NCBI RefSeq assembly: GCF_023055435.1
Contig: NW_025964013.1
Coordinates: 4,030,001-4,094,000 of the forward strand
Source of the DNA: Haliotis rufescens
Lineage: Eukaryota
Direction: 5' to 3'
DNA length: 64,000 nucleotides
Made by a program: the position numbers and the translations under genes. Shown one piece after another: positions 39,401 through 53,686 of the stretch. Positions within the stretch are counted from its first letter, which is position 1. The number at the start of each line of letters is the position of its first letter. The notes under the pieces are model-generated. The model was not told the DNA's origin. It did no database searches and saw only the letters and a list, made by a program, of their open reading frames with translations.

Positions 39401-40975
39401 AACGGATTTTAATGTAAATGTTTGTTTAATGACGGATATGAATTCTTGTGCTTTGCTTACCTCAACAAATCGAAACTTCATGTTAAATTATGTATCCAAA
39501 ATGTTCTCTGATTTCACATAATTATCATCAGAACATTTAGTTATGAAAGTCTAAGTGACACGTTTTGATGAATCAGCAATTCGATTGGTGATTTAATGTC
39601 ATCATGATGTTCCTGATGTTGTTGTTGCCTTTTCACAAATTTTTCTTACAAATCTTACAAATCTCTTTCTTTCTGCAATTTGTCCTGACACAAAACGACG
39701 GTAAACTTACGTCTGTCCTGATACAAAGAAAAGTCAACTTATAATGATACAGTCGCCTTACATGTGTCCAAGTACAACAAGACAATCATCTGGATATTGT
39801 CCTGATGCAATAGGACAGTAACCATACCTTCTGTCCGTATACAATAACATAGTCAACGTGTCTGTGTTTTGATGCAATAAGATAGTAATCCTCACCCGCG
39901 TTCTGACACAATAAGGCAGGCACCTTACATGCGTCCTGATACAATGCGATATTATCTAATGTGTTTTCTTACACAATACGACAGTCACATACTTGTGTCC
40001 TGATCCAATAGTCCAGATTCCTCACTTGTGTCATGAAAGGAAAAGATATCCACCTTTTCTGTCAAAGTAGACACAATTGATGGATAACAACTGTAACGAC
40101 GACGTTTCAGTACAGATCCCTATACCGTTGTCAAGCAAGACTCAGCAAGACCACAGTCATAATGAATTCTGTCCACTTCCATCAGCTAGTTGTTATCCAT
40201 AAATTGTGTCTACTTTGTCATACGTCAACTGTAATGCCTATTAAAAAATTAACATCCTCTGTGTTCCGTTGCAATAAGACACTCACCTTACGTGTGCCCT
40301 GATACAGGCACCTGATGTGTTTTCTGACACAACACAGCTGTTAATCCCCTCACAGGGAAAGATATAGTTTAATATATTACAGTGAAACGTGGTGTCCGTA
40401 AACAGATATGCTTATTTCTGATTGAGTTACATTGTAAGTACAAGTGTTTAGTGATCAGAAGCCGTGTCCACAAACCATACTGTCCATTCAGGAAACTGAA
40501 ATCACCTTTCCTTTGTCATGATAAAATATCACAATTACCATACCTGTGTCCTAAGTAAACGTACCACTTCTTACAAGAAGACAAATGAATATGAATATTG
40601 TCAACATTTACTTTGAACGCCTATAATCGAATAAAGTATTCCTCATTTTCACTGCACTCGCTTTCGTATATGTTTCCATTTCTTGGTGATCATATTTATG
40701 GAGGGAAGTTAGAGGTCACAACGCTTGTCAGGAAATAGATAAAATTCAGGGTAACTGAAGCATTATCATAACGATTAATTATTGTACAAACGGTCTATTG
40801 TAACCATGTTCGTGCGTGACTTCAACTATGGCCGGAACAGGTGTATTCAAAGTAGTTCAATCAGCGATTGATGATGATTCAGGAACCTGTTTTAACAATG
40901 GCAGTGAACGTCAATTTCATACATTTCTCACACTTTAGTACCCCGACACTTCGTTCCAAATAAGTAGTTAATCAT

Positions 40976-41214
40976 TGACGTCAAAACATGACTACACAAG
41001 GCTAGAGGCTTCTCTCACCCCTAATGATCTCGAGAAAATGACCATATGTGTTAGTAAATAACCTTAGTTCGTGCTCAATTACTGCCCACTTCTGACACGT
41101 TATTGTTCACCATCACTTCTATCGACAGCTGCAATAAGACAGATCTATTGCAGGACAGGCCTATATAAGAAAGAGTTGACGGGAGCACATCACCGCTTGT
41201 CCCTTGGATCAAAG
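40976..41214 (+). promoter_or_regulatory. Proximal promoter of copy 2
   Basis: TGACGTCA 40976-40983; dyad; TATATAAG 41162-41169. Confidence 0.7.
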
Positions 41215-42466
41215 ATGACGAATCTCGTGGTTGTTCTTCTGCTGTTGGCGTGCTCAGTCCCACTTTCCTCCTCGAGGCAGGTAGGTGATGATGACATCCA
41301 AGAGTTGTACGGAGTAGCCAGCAGCTATTCGGAGTGTTCCAACACCTACTGGGGAAGACTGTGGTATGCAAGAGGCATTGTTCTGGTTGTCAGAAGCGGA
41401 TGCAGGAAGGATCAGAGAACTTTCCGGGCGGCCCTGAAGAAGATTCAATGCTCTGACATAACGGCTGCCGTCTCTAAGTTCTGTAGTAGCAGATACACCA
41501 GATTTTGGGCTACAAATTTGGTGTGTCGGTTTGCCAGAAAAGTCAATGAGCGCTGTGAGTCAAGCGATGATAGGAGCCCCTTGTGCAAACAGGCAATGTC
41601 TCGAATGCCTCGAAAATGGGCTAGTTTAACGTGTAAAGGATACGACAGGTATTGCAAAAGTTCCAGTTACCTCCGCAGATACTACATTAGATTTATGTGT
41701 AAACTGACTGAAAAATTCTATTCTAACTGCTGTCAAGTCGATCCAGTGACAGAGCCAATCACAACACCTGAACCAACGACAACGACAACAGAGGTACCTA
41801 CAACCGAGCCGCCAACAACACCACCGACCACTGCGGCTACAACCGACGCCCCTACAACCGAGCTGCCTACAACCCCACCGACCACTGAGGCAACAACCAA
41901 CGCCCCTACAACCGAGCCGCCTACAATCCCACCGACCACTCCGTCTGGACCAACTCTGCCAGAAGTCGCGGACAAAACTTTCTGTGTGTATTTTTGGTCT
42001 GTTTGCTAAACAGACTTTACATTTAGAGCTTTACAATGTGTAATGGCATGAATTCTTTAAAACTTTGGCGTGTTTATGCTTGGTCAGTCGTCGATAACGT
42101 TATGTAACAATATTAATAGCTTAGGCATTTTAAAAAAAATATATATAAAAAGACCGATCATTTGGATTACTTCGATGTAGAGGGATCTCACATCATTCTC
42201 ATTTTCTGTTTTATTCCACTTATCTAGCATTGTAGTCTGGTATTTATAGGTTCCTTTGAGGGGTTACAACTTTTTACAATGGGAGTGATCATTGTTAAAC
42301 TGTGATGGCCAATTTCTCATATTGATTCACAGTAACCGCATGTACACAACGATGTGTCCGCAACGACCTAGTGGATTCACTGTGTGGTACTGGGACGCTG
42401 GTCGAGGAATGTGACAATCTTCAAGTTCCAGAGTTTGTGGGATCGTATACCTGCTGTTCAGGTTAA
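41215..42466 (+). CDS. Secreted Cys-rich/mucin-stalk protein, copy 2 (300 aa); join(41215..41983,42333..42466); UTR exon 3 from 43272, AATAAA 43324
   Basis: Same structure as copy 1; donor TTCT|GTGTGT; exon 2 LTACTQRCVRNDLVDSLCGTGTLVEECDNLQVPEFVGSYTCCSG*. Confidence 0.9.
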
Positions 42467-45400
42467 TACAGGTAAGCCTTTCATAAATTACATAATTCGG
42501 AAGCCATCATTTCTTCGTAAATTGGATGGAACATGTTTCTGTTTCAAAACAGTATCTAGATATACTTGTATCAATGTATCAGCTCAAATATTCAGACCAC
42601 TCAAATTGTGTGAAACAAGGAATTATGATGTTTCCTCATATTATGGGTTTTCGAGACCCTAATAAGTATTTCTGATCACGTGACTTGTAACGATCCGAAT
42701 ACATTAAAATTAAACCTTACCTTTGAAGACATGGATAGGTCAAATGACCATGTCTTGTTAATTTTATAGTGATATTGCCTCGCTCAGCGATATGAGTCGA
42801 TCAGGTGCGATCATGTTACCGTCACATGATTTCGAGCCCTTTCATCACAGTCAAGCTAAAAATAGATGCACAACATTATCAGTCTCGTGGTACTGACGCA
42901 TATATTATCATCACAACAAGTTTGATGATTTCATTTCTGATTTGTTTCATCAATTCATATGCGAAACTGTTGGTATAGTGGACATAGCTACCATTGTATA
43001 GCTATAACTAACATTAACAGTAAAATTAGCTGCTTCTCAATCCGAAGGCTTAACTTGAGAACAATTTCACATTCTCTGGATGTTTACGTGTTTAACATTT
43101 CTGGAAACAAATCTTCTTTGTTCTTTGTGGCTATTCAAATATATGTGCAGCAATATATGACTCGCCCAGAATGTCTATTATAGAAGTAATTTATACAAAT
43201 CTGTTTGTCGTCATCATTGCAGCACAACCCTGAAGCTAGTATAGAATATAAGACAGTTTTCTATATTTCAGTGGATGCCTCCACATTTCCACTGGATGCT
43301 TCACTCCATCTTTATTCCGTGATAATAAACTAATTTCGCAGCAATGTGTTTTCTGTCTTCACTTCATGTTGAATTATGTCAAGCTGAACAATCAGCAAAC
43401 CAACATGCTTCGAGTATCCAATTTTACATATCATCGAGAACATTCCGTTATGGGAGGTGATGACTTCTCATTAATCAGCAATTGGATTGGTGATTTCATG
43501 TCATCATTATCGGATGGTGGCCTATTCATGAATAGATCTTCTGCAACATTTTCTAACAAATCATTGGTGTATAACATCAACAAATAATCAAGCAAGCGGC
43601 ATGAAGTTTGTACTCATTCTGCACTCTTACAAATCAATCTGATCTACCATCAGGTACAATGCACCTTAACGTACCGACAAAGCCCTTTGTCCTGCCTTTA
43701 CAAAGATACATTTATGTGACAATTGTCCGATACCCAACACCTATTACACGAAAGGTTAGGCCAGTTAAGACTGGGTTTAAATCCGCAGACATACACCTTT
43801 TCGGCAGGAATATGGTTCACTTTACATCAATCAGAACAAATGTTCTAACAAACTCATACTTGAATCAAATACTTTTGCTTTTCTCGAAGGAAAACGGCCC
43901 AGCATGTATAGTAGACATTATTTGTCAACATTTTACTTTAGCCTGAAAAGATTTGTATGGTCGGTTTAAAATTTAAAAAACCGCTATAATGATGGTTTCT
44001 CTAGAAGCTTAACTAGATATGATTGAGCAATAAGACAATTCGAGAATAGCCGAAGCCACGATATGTCAACGACACTTTTATGACACTCTTCACGGTGATA
44101 TGTGCCCAATTTGTCCGGGGTGTCAATAAAACAAGAGTAACGCCATTATCAAAGCGAGGTAATAGCTTTACAGGTGTATGACCAACAGCTAATTGTATTA
44201 ATGGGCGACAATATAAAGAATCAAATAAACCCAATTTAAACTGACAAAGATCACTGATTACAAATATCACAGCAATCACACAAGTAGCTTAGCTAAGCCA
44301 CTATATTACAGTAATAAATTGCGAGTAGCCAAAACAACTCTTTCTAAAATTCACAAAAATACAAGACACTTGAAATAAAGTAGAAAAATATGAGAAGGTT
44401 GGTTATCCATGGAGTACTAGAAAAACGGAGTATTGAAAACCCTAGCTAATACGTTCAGCTCAATACAATGAGAGGAAATTAATACTAAATAAAAGGTGCC
44501 CCATATTCTCTTACTAACGCAACCAGAATGACCATCCAGTAACAAATCGACCCGTAAACGAACTAACAAGGTCTGGGGGTGAACACACAAGATTGTCATA
44601 GAGGTTTTATACCAGCTCACAGGCCTCGTAGGGGATAATCTCTCCTGATCAGCCAGGGAAAATGATAGTCTGGGACACCTAGCCACGATTAGCAAACTGA
44701 TTACTTCATACATATGGAAGATATACCTGTCAAAATAAAGCGCCGAACACAGGCTGTCCAACTATATCACGAATTTACGTGTACTGGTATGGAACATGAA
44801 ATTATACGCTTGTACGAGATTGAAACATAAGGATATACATGTAAAAAGGTATCATGACGGCATGTGTGTGCACAAGTATTCATCATGAAAGGATACACGT
44901 GTACATGTATGCATCAAAACGGCATATATGTGTACATGTATCTATCATGACTGTATGTGTGTCTACAAGTATGCATCATGACTGTATTTGTACGTACACG
45001 TACATATGATGACGTTATACATGTATATATGTGTATATGTACATGTATGTGTCAGAACGGTTTACACGTGTACATGTATGTATGAAGACGATATCTATGT
45101 GCAGACGTATATATTATGAAGGTATACCTGTGAAATCGATAGTGTGAACATTTGCCGGAACTTCTTTCCGGTGTTTTCCCGAACTCTCGATCGGTGTTTA
45201 CAACTAAATCGTTTTGTTATATATAAAATCCCTGCATTTATCAGCAACAAAATTTAGTATTTTGCTTGGTCTTGTAACGTTTTATCTGACTTTATAATAT
45301 ATCAACGCTTTGGTTCTGGTGTTTGATGTCGTCTGCTACATGAAACAAAATGGATTATCCTTACAATGATTTGGATAGGGACTGAGTATCTCTCAATTGT

Positions 45401-46564
45401 ATTTTTAGCGATATTGACTTTGGTGCCTTGTCGGAAAGGACAGTAATCTAGCACTTAGCGGCTTGCGAATGATAAATAATAAAAGGAACCTAGTTTTCAA
45501 ATAAATAAGACATAAACAGGTAAGGAAAGCGACTTAAATTATAAAAAAAAACCTTGTCAACCTATGTTATCGATCGGTCATCGGAGACGAGAAAAATATC
45601 CGTAGACTGGATTACTTTTCCGGTTTCTGTGTTGGCCGACCTTTTCCGTGCATTGTAGGCCGAGAATTCGAAGCGGCGGCACATGAAGAAGGACGGGGCA
45701 AAGATATGAAGCTAGCATCAGATCATTCAGTAGGTCTTTCTCATGATACATGTGTTCTGATTCAATAAGACAGATACCTCACCTATCTCATTATACAAAA
45801 GCTACGTATACCAAACTTCTGTGTTCCGTTGCAATAAGACACTCACCTTACGTGTGCCCTGATACAATAAGACAGGCACCTGATGTGTCTTCTGACACAA
45901 TACAACTGTGAATCGTCTCACAAGGAAAGATGTAGCTTTAAAGATTACTGTGAAACTTGGTGTCCGTAAACAGATATGCTTATTTGTGATTGAGTTACAT
46001 TATAAGGACAGGTGTTTTGTGATCAGAAGCCGTGTCCACAAACCACCCTGTTCATTCAGGAAACTGAAATCACCTCACCTTTGTCTTGATGAAACATAAC
46101 AAGTACCTTACCTGTGTCCTAATTCAATGTATCACATCTTACAAGAAGAGATATCAATATGAATATTGTCAACATTTACTTTGAACCTCCATCACCGAAT
46201 AAATAGTTTTCAGTTTCTTTCCAGTCGCTTTCGTATATGTTTCCATTTCCAGGTGATCACATCTGAAGTTAGAAGTCCACATCTCTTGTCAAGACATAGA
46301 TAAAATTCAGGGTAATTGAGGCTTTACGATAACGATCAATTATTTTACAAGTGGTCTATTGTAACCATGCTCGTGCGTGACTTCAACTATGGCCGGAACA
46401 GATATATATAAAGTGGTTCGGTCAGCGCCTATAAGAAAAATATAATTATGATTCAGGAAACCTGTTTTAACTATGGCAGGCAAAGTCAATTTCATACATT
46501 TCTCTCACTTTTGTAACAAAGCAAAGGTTCCCCGACACTCTATCCCAAATAAGTAGTTAATCAC

Positions 46565-46802
46565 TGACGTCAATACATGACTACACAAGGCTAAACGCTT
46601 TTCTCACCCCTACTGATCTACAGAAACTGACCATATGTGATAGTAAGGTAACCTAAGTTCGTGCCCAATTACTGCCCTACTGACACGTGATTGTTTACCA
46701 TCGCCTGTATCGACAGCTGCAATAAGACAGATCTATTGCAGGACAGGCCTATATAAGAAAGAGTTGACGGGATCACATCACCGCCTGTTCCTCGGATCCA
46801 AG
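46565..46802 (+). promoter_or_regulatory. Proximal promoter of copy 3
   Basis: TGACGTCA 46565-46572; dyad; TATATAAG 46750-46757. Confidence 0.7.
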
Positions 46803-48052
46803 ATGACGTATCTCGTGGTTGTTCTGCTGCTGTTGGCGTGCTCAGTCCCACTTTCCTCCTCGAGGCAGGTAGGTGATGATGACATCCAAGAGTTGTACGG
46901 AGTAGCCAGCAGCTATTCGGAGTGTTCCAACACCTACTGGAGAAGACTGTGGTATGCCAGAGGCATTGTTCTGGTTGTCAGAAGCGGATGCAGGAAGGAT
47001 CAGAGAACTTTCCGGGCGGCCCTGAAGAAGATTCAATGCTCTGACATAACAGCTGCCGTCTCTAAGTTCTGTAGTAGCAGATACACCAGATTTTGGGCTA
47101 CAAATTTGGTGTGTCGGTTTGCCAGAAAAGTCAATGAGCGCTGTGAGTCAAGCGATGATAGGAGCCCCTTGTGCAAACAGGCAATGTCTCGAATGCCTCG
47201 AAGATGGGCTAGTTTAACGTGTAAAGGATACGACAGGTATTGCAAAAGTTCCAGTTACCTCCGCAGATACTACATTAGATTTATGTGTAAACTGACTGAA
47301 AACTTCTATTCTAACTGCTGTCAAGTCGATCCAGTGACAGAGCCAATCACAACACCTGAACCAACGACAACGACAACAGAGGTACCTACAACCGAGCCGC
47401 CAACAACACCACCGACCACTGCGGCTACAACCGACGCCCCTACAACCGAGCTGCCTACAACCCCACCGACCACTGAGGCTACAACCAACGCCCCTACAAC
47501 CGAGCCGCCTACAATCCCACCGACCACTCCGTCTGGACCAACTCTGCCAGAAGTCGCGGACAAAACTTTCTGTGTGTATTTTTGGTCTGTTTGCTACACA
47601 GACTTTACATTTAGAGCTTTACAATGTGTAATGGCATGAATTCTTTAAAACTTTGGCGTGTTTATGCTTGGTCAGTCGTCGATTACGTTATGTAACAATA
47701 TTAATAGCTTAGGCATTTAAAAAATATATATATAAAATGACCGATCATTTGGATTACTTCGATGTAGAGGGATCTGACATCATTCTCATTTTCTGTTTTA
47801 TTCCACTTATCAGGCATTGTAGTCTGGTATTTATAGTTCCTTTGAGGGGTTGCAACTTTTTACAATGAGAGTGATCATTGTTAAACTGTGATGGCCAATT
47901 TCTCATATTGATTCACAGTAACCGCATGTACACAACGATGTGTCCGCAACGACCTAGTGGATTCACTGTGTGGTACTGGGACGCTGGTCGAGGAATGTGA
48001 CAATCTTCAAGTTCCAGAGTTTGTGGGATCGTATACCTGCTGTTCAGGTTAA
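46803..48052 (+). CDS. Secreted Cys-rich/mucin-stalk protein, copy 3 (300 aa); join(46803..47571,47919..48052); UTR exon 3 from 48883, AATAAA 48935
   Basis: Intact frame and splice sites as in copy 2. Confidence 0.9.
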
Positions 48053-51000
48053 TACAGGTAAGCCTTTCATAAATAAGTTGTAAGATTTACATAATTCGGA
48101 AGCCATCATTCCTTCGTAAATTGGATGGAACATGTTTCTGTTTCAAAACAGTATCTAGAAATACTTGTATCAATGTATCAGCTCAAATATTCAGACCACT
48201 CAAATTGTGTGAAACAAGGAATTATGATGTTTCCTCATATTATGGGTTTTCGAGACCCTAATAAGTATTTCTGATTACGTGACTTGTAACGATCCGAATA
48301 CATTAAAATTAAACCTTACCTTTGACGACATGGATAGGTCAAATGACCATGTCTTGGTAATTTTATAGTGATATTGCCTCGCTCAGCGATATGAGTCGAT
48401 CAGGTGAGATCATGTTACCGTCACATGATTTCGAGCCCTTTCATCACAGTCAAGCTAAAAATAGATGCACAACATTATCAGTCTCGTGGTACATACGATT
48501 GTTTTGATGCATATATTATCATCAGAACAAGTTTGATGATTTCATTTCTGACTTGTTTCATCAATTCATAAGCGAAACTGTTGGTATAGTGGACATAACT
48601 ACCATTGTATAGCTATAACTATCATTAACAGTAAAATTAGCTGCTTCTCAATCCGAAGGTTTAATTTGGGAACAATTTCACATTCTCTGGATGTTTACGT
48701 TTTTCACATTTCTGGAAACAAATTTTCTTTGTTCTTTGTGGCTATTCAAATATATGTGCAGCAATATACGTCTTGCCCAGAATGTCTATTATAGAAGTAA
48801 TATATACAAATCTGTTTGTCGTCATCATTGCAGCACAACCCTGAAGCTAGTATAGAATATAATTCAATTTTCTATATTTCAGTGGATGTCTCCACATTTC
48901 CACTGGATGCTTCACTCCATCTTTTTTCCGTGATAATAAACTAATTTCGCAGCAATGTGTTTTCTGTCTTCACTTCATGTTGAATAATGTCAAGCTGAAC
49001 AATCAGCAAACCAATATGGCCTAATGCTTGGAGTACCCAATTTCACATATCACCGAGAACATTTAGTTATGGGAGGTGATGACGTTTCATTAATCAGCAT
49101 TGAATAGGTGATTTAATGTCATCATTATCAGATGGTGGCCTATTCATGAATATGCCTTCGCTAAAAGATATCAAAGCGCAATGTTAGATCTTTTGAAAAA
49201 TTGTCTAACAAATCATTGGTATAAATCATCAACAAATATTCAACCAAGCGGCATGAAGTCTGCACTCTTACAAATCAATCTGATCTCTAATGCACCTTAA
49301 GGTACCGACAAAGCCCTTTGTCCTGCCTTTACAAAGATACATTTATGTGACAATTGTCCGATACCCAACACCTATTACACGAAAGGTTAGGCCAGTTAAG
49401 ACTGGGTTTAAATCCGCAGACATACACCTTTTCGGCAGGAATATGGTTCACTTTACATCAATCAGAACAAATGTTCTAACAAACTCATACTTGAATCAAA
49501 TACTATTGCTCCTTTTCTCGACGGAAAACGGCCCAGCCAGTATAGGAGACATTATTTGTCAACATTTTACTTTAGCCTGAAAAGATTTGTATGGTCGGTT
49601 TAAAATAACAAGAACGCAAAATGATGGTTTCTGTAGAAGCTTAACTAGATATGATTTAGCAATAAGACAATTCGAGAATAGCCGAAGCCAAGATATGGCA
49701 ACCACACTTTTATGACACTCTTCACGGTGATATGTGCCAAATTGATCCGGGGTGTCATTAAAACAAGAGTAACGCCATTATCAAAGCGAGGTAACAGCTT
49801 CACAGGTGTATGACCAACAGCTAATTGTATTAATGGGTGACAATATAAAGAATCAAATAAACCCAATTTAAACTGACAAAGATCACTGATTACAAATATC
49901 ACAGCACTCACACAAGCAGCTTAGCTAAGCCACTATATTACAGTAATAAATTGCGAGTAGCCAAAACAACTCTTTCTAAAATTCACAAAAATACAAGACA
50001 CTTGAAATAAAGTAGAAAAATATGAGAAGGTTGGTTATCCATGGAGTACTAGAAAAACGGAGTATTGAAAACCCTAGCTAATACGTTCAGCTCAATACAA
50101 TGAAGGGAAATTAATACTAAATAAAAGGTGCCCCATATTCTCTTACTAACGCAACCAGAATGACCATCCAGTAACAAATCGACCCGTAAACGAACTAACA
50201 AGGTCTGGGGGTGAACACACAAGATTGTCATAGAGTTTCTATACCAGCTCACAGGCCTCGTAGGGGATAATCTCTCCTGATCAGCCAGGGAAAATGATAG
50301 TCTGGGACACCTAGCCACGATTAGCAAACTGATTACTTCATACATATGGAAGATATACCTGTCAAAATAAAGCGCCGAACACAGGCTGTCCAACTATATT
50401 ACGAATTTACGTGTACTGGTATGGAACATGAAATTATACGCTTGTACGAGATTGAAACATATATATGTGTATACATGTAAAAGGGTATCATGACGGCATG
50501 TGTGTGCACAAGTATTCATCATGAAAGGATACACGTGAACATGTATGCATCAAAACGTCATACATGTGTACATGTATCTATCATGACTGTATGTGTGTCT
50601 ACAAGTATGCATCATGACTGTATTTGTACGTACATGTACATATGATGACGTTATACATGTATATATGTGTATATGTACATGTATGTGTCAGAACGGTTTA
50701 CACGTGTACATGTATGTATGAAGACGATATCTATGTGCAGACGTATATATTATGAAGGTATACCTGTGAAATCGATAGTGTGAACATTTGCCGGAACTTC
50801 TTTCCGGTGTTTTCCCGAACTCTCGATCGGTGTTTACAACTAAATCGTTTTGTTATATATAAAATCCCTGCATTTATCAGCAACAAAATTTAGTATTTTG
50901 CTTGGTCTTGTAACGTTTTATCTGACTTTATAATATATCAACGCTTTGGTTCTGGTGTTTGATGTCGTCTGCTACATGAAACAAAATGGATTATCCTTAC

Positions 51001-52199
51001 AATGATTTGGATAGGGACAGAGTATCTCTCAATTGTATTTTTAGCGATATTGACTTTGGTGCCTTGTCGGAAAGGACAGTAATCTAGCACTTAGCGGCTT
51101 GCGAATGATAAATAATAAAAGGAACCTAGTTTTCAAATAAATAAGACATAAACAGGTAAGGAAAGCGACTTAAATTATAAAAAAAAACTTGTCAACCTAT
51201 GTTATCGATCGGTCATCGGAGACGAGAAAAATATCCGTAGACTGGATTACTTTTCCGGTTTCTGTGTTGGCCGACCTTTTCCGTGCATTGTAGGCCGAGA
51301 ATTCGAAGCGGCGGCACATGAAGAAGGACGGGGCAAAGATATGAAGCTAGCATCAGATCATTCAGTAGGTCTTTCTCGTGATACATGTGTTCTGATTCAA
51401 TAAGACAGATACCTCACCTGTCTCATTATACAAAAGCTACGTATACCCAACTTCTGTGTTCCGTTGCAATAAGACACTCACCTTACGTGTGCCCTGATAC
51501 AATAAGACAGGCACCTGATGTGTCTTCTGACACAATACAACTGTGAATCGTCTCACAAGGAAAGATGTAGCTTTAAAGATTACTGTGAAACTTGGTGTCC
51601 GTAAACAGATATGCTTATTTGTGATTGAGTTACATTATAAGGACAGGTGTTTTGTGATCAGAAGCCGTGTCCACAAACCACCCTGTTCATTCAGGAAACT
51701 GAAATCACCTCACCTTTGTCTTGATGAAACATAACAAGTACCTTACCTGTGTCCTAATTCAATGTATCACATCTTACAAGAAGAGATATGAATATGAATA
51801 TTGTCAACATTTACTTTGAACCTCCATCACCGAATAAATAGTTTTCAGTTTCTTTCCAGTCGCTTTCGTATATGTTTCCATTTCCAGGTGATCACATCTG
51901 AAGTTAGAAGTCCACATCTCTTGTCAAGACATAGATAAAATTCAGGGTAATTGAGGCTTTACGATAACGATCAATTATTTTACAAGTGGTCTATTGTAAC
52001 CATGCTCGTGCGTGACTTCAACTATGGCCGGAACAGATATATATAAAGTGGTTCGGTCAGCGCCTATAAGAAAAATATAATTATGATTCAGGAAACCTGT
52101 TTTAACTATGGCAGGCAAAGTCAATTTCATACATTTCTCTCACTTTTGTAACAAAGCAAAGGTTCCCCGACACTCTATCCCAAATAAGTAGTTAATCAC

Positions 52200-52436
52200 T
52201 GACGTCAATACATGACTACACAAGGCTAAACGCTTTTCTCACCCCTACTGATCTACAGAAACTGACCATATGTGATAGTAAGGTAACCTAAGTTCGTGCC
52301 CAATTACTGCCCTACTGACACGTGATTGTTTACCATCGCCTGAACGACAGCTGCAATAAGACAGATCTATTGCAGGACAGGCCTATATAAGAAAGAGTTG
52401 ACGGGATCACATCACCGCCTGTTCCTCGGATCCAAG
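52200..52436 (+). promoter_or_regulatory. Proximal promoter of copy 4
   Basis: TGACGTCA 52200-52207; dyad; TATATAAG 52384-52391. Confidence 0.7.
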
Positions 52437-53686
52437 ATGACGTATCTCGTGGTTGTTCTGCTGCTGTTGGCGTGCTCAGTCCCACTTTCCTCCTCGAGGC
52501 AGGTAGGTGATGATGACATCCAAGAGTTGTACGGAGTAGCCAGCAGCTATTCGGAGTGTTCCAACACCTACTGGAGAAGACTGTGGTATGCCAGAGGCAT
52601 TGTTCTGGTTGTCAGAAGCGGATGCAGGAAGGATCAGAGAACTTTCCGGGCGGCCCTGAAGAAGATTCAATGCTCTGACATAACGGCTGCCGTCTCTAAG
52701 TTCTGTGGTAGCAGATACACCAGATTTTGGGCTACAAATTTGGTGTGTCGGTTTGCCAGAAAAGTCAATGAGCGCTGTGAGTCAAGCGATGATAGGAGCC
52801 CCTTGTGCAAACAGGCAATGTCTCGAATGCCTCGAAGATGGGCTAGTTTAACGTGTAAAGGATACGACAGGTATTGCAAAAGCTCCAGTTACCTCCGCAG
52901 ATACTACATTAGATTTATGTGTAAACTGACTGAAAACTTCTATTCTAACTGCTGTCAAGTCGATCCAGTGACAGAGCCAATCACAACACCTGAACCAACG
53001 ACAACGACAACAGAGGTACCTACGACCGAGCCGCCAACAAAACCACCGACCACTGCGGCTACAACCGACGCCCCTACAACCGAGCTGCCTACAACCCCAC
53101 CGACCACTGAGGCTACAACCAACGCCCCTACAACCGAGCCGCCTACAATCCCACCGACCACTCCGTCTGGACCAACTCTGCCAGAAGTCGCGGACAAAAC
53201 TTTCTGTGTGTATTTTTGGTCTGTTTGCTACACAGACTTTACATTTAGAGCTTTACAATGTGTAATGGCATGAATTCTTTAAAACTTTGGCGTGTTTATG
53301 CTTGGTCAGTCGTCGATAACGTTATGTAACAATATTAATAGCTTAGGCATTTAAAAAATATATATATAAAATGACCGATCATTTGGATTACTTCGATGTA
53401 GAGGGATCTGACATCATTCTCATTTTCTGTTTTATTCCACTTATCAAGCATTGTAGTCTGGTATTTATAGTTCCTTTGAGGGGTTGCAACTTTTTACAAT
53501 GAGAGTGATCATTGTTAAACTGTGATGGCCAATTTCTCATATTGATTCACAGTAACCGCATGTACACAACGATGTGTCCGCAACGACCTAGTGGATTCAC
53601 TGTGTGGTACTGGGACGCTGGTCGAGGAATGTGACAATCTTCAAGTTCCAGAGTTTGTGGGATCGTATACCTGCTGTTCAGGTTAA
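52437..53686 (+). CDS. Secreted Cys-rich/mucin-stalk protein, copy 4 (300 aa); join(52437..53205,53553..53686); UTR exon 3 from 54517, AATAAA 54569
   Basis: Intact frame and splice sites. Confidence 0.9.

Noticed and set aside
32627-39521. Cys/His/Val-rich ORFs resembling metal-binding proteins
   Set aside because: Products of TG/TA-rich satellites.
43608-44761. Short ORFs recurring in each unit (96-114 aa)
   Set aside because: Recurrence reflects recent duplication only; no motifs, variable stops, and the frame is not kept in the copy 1 flank.
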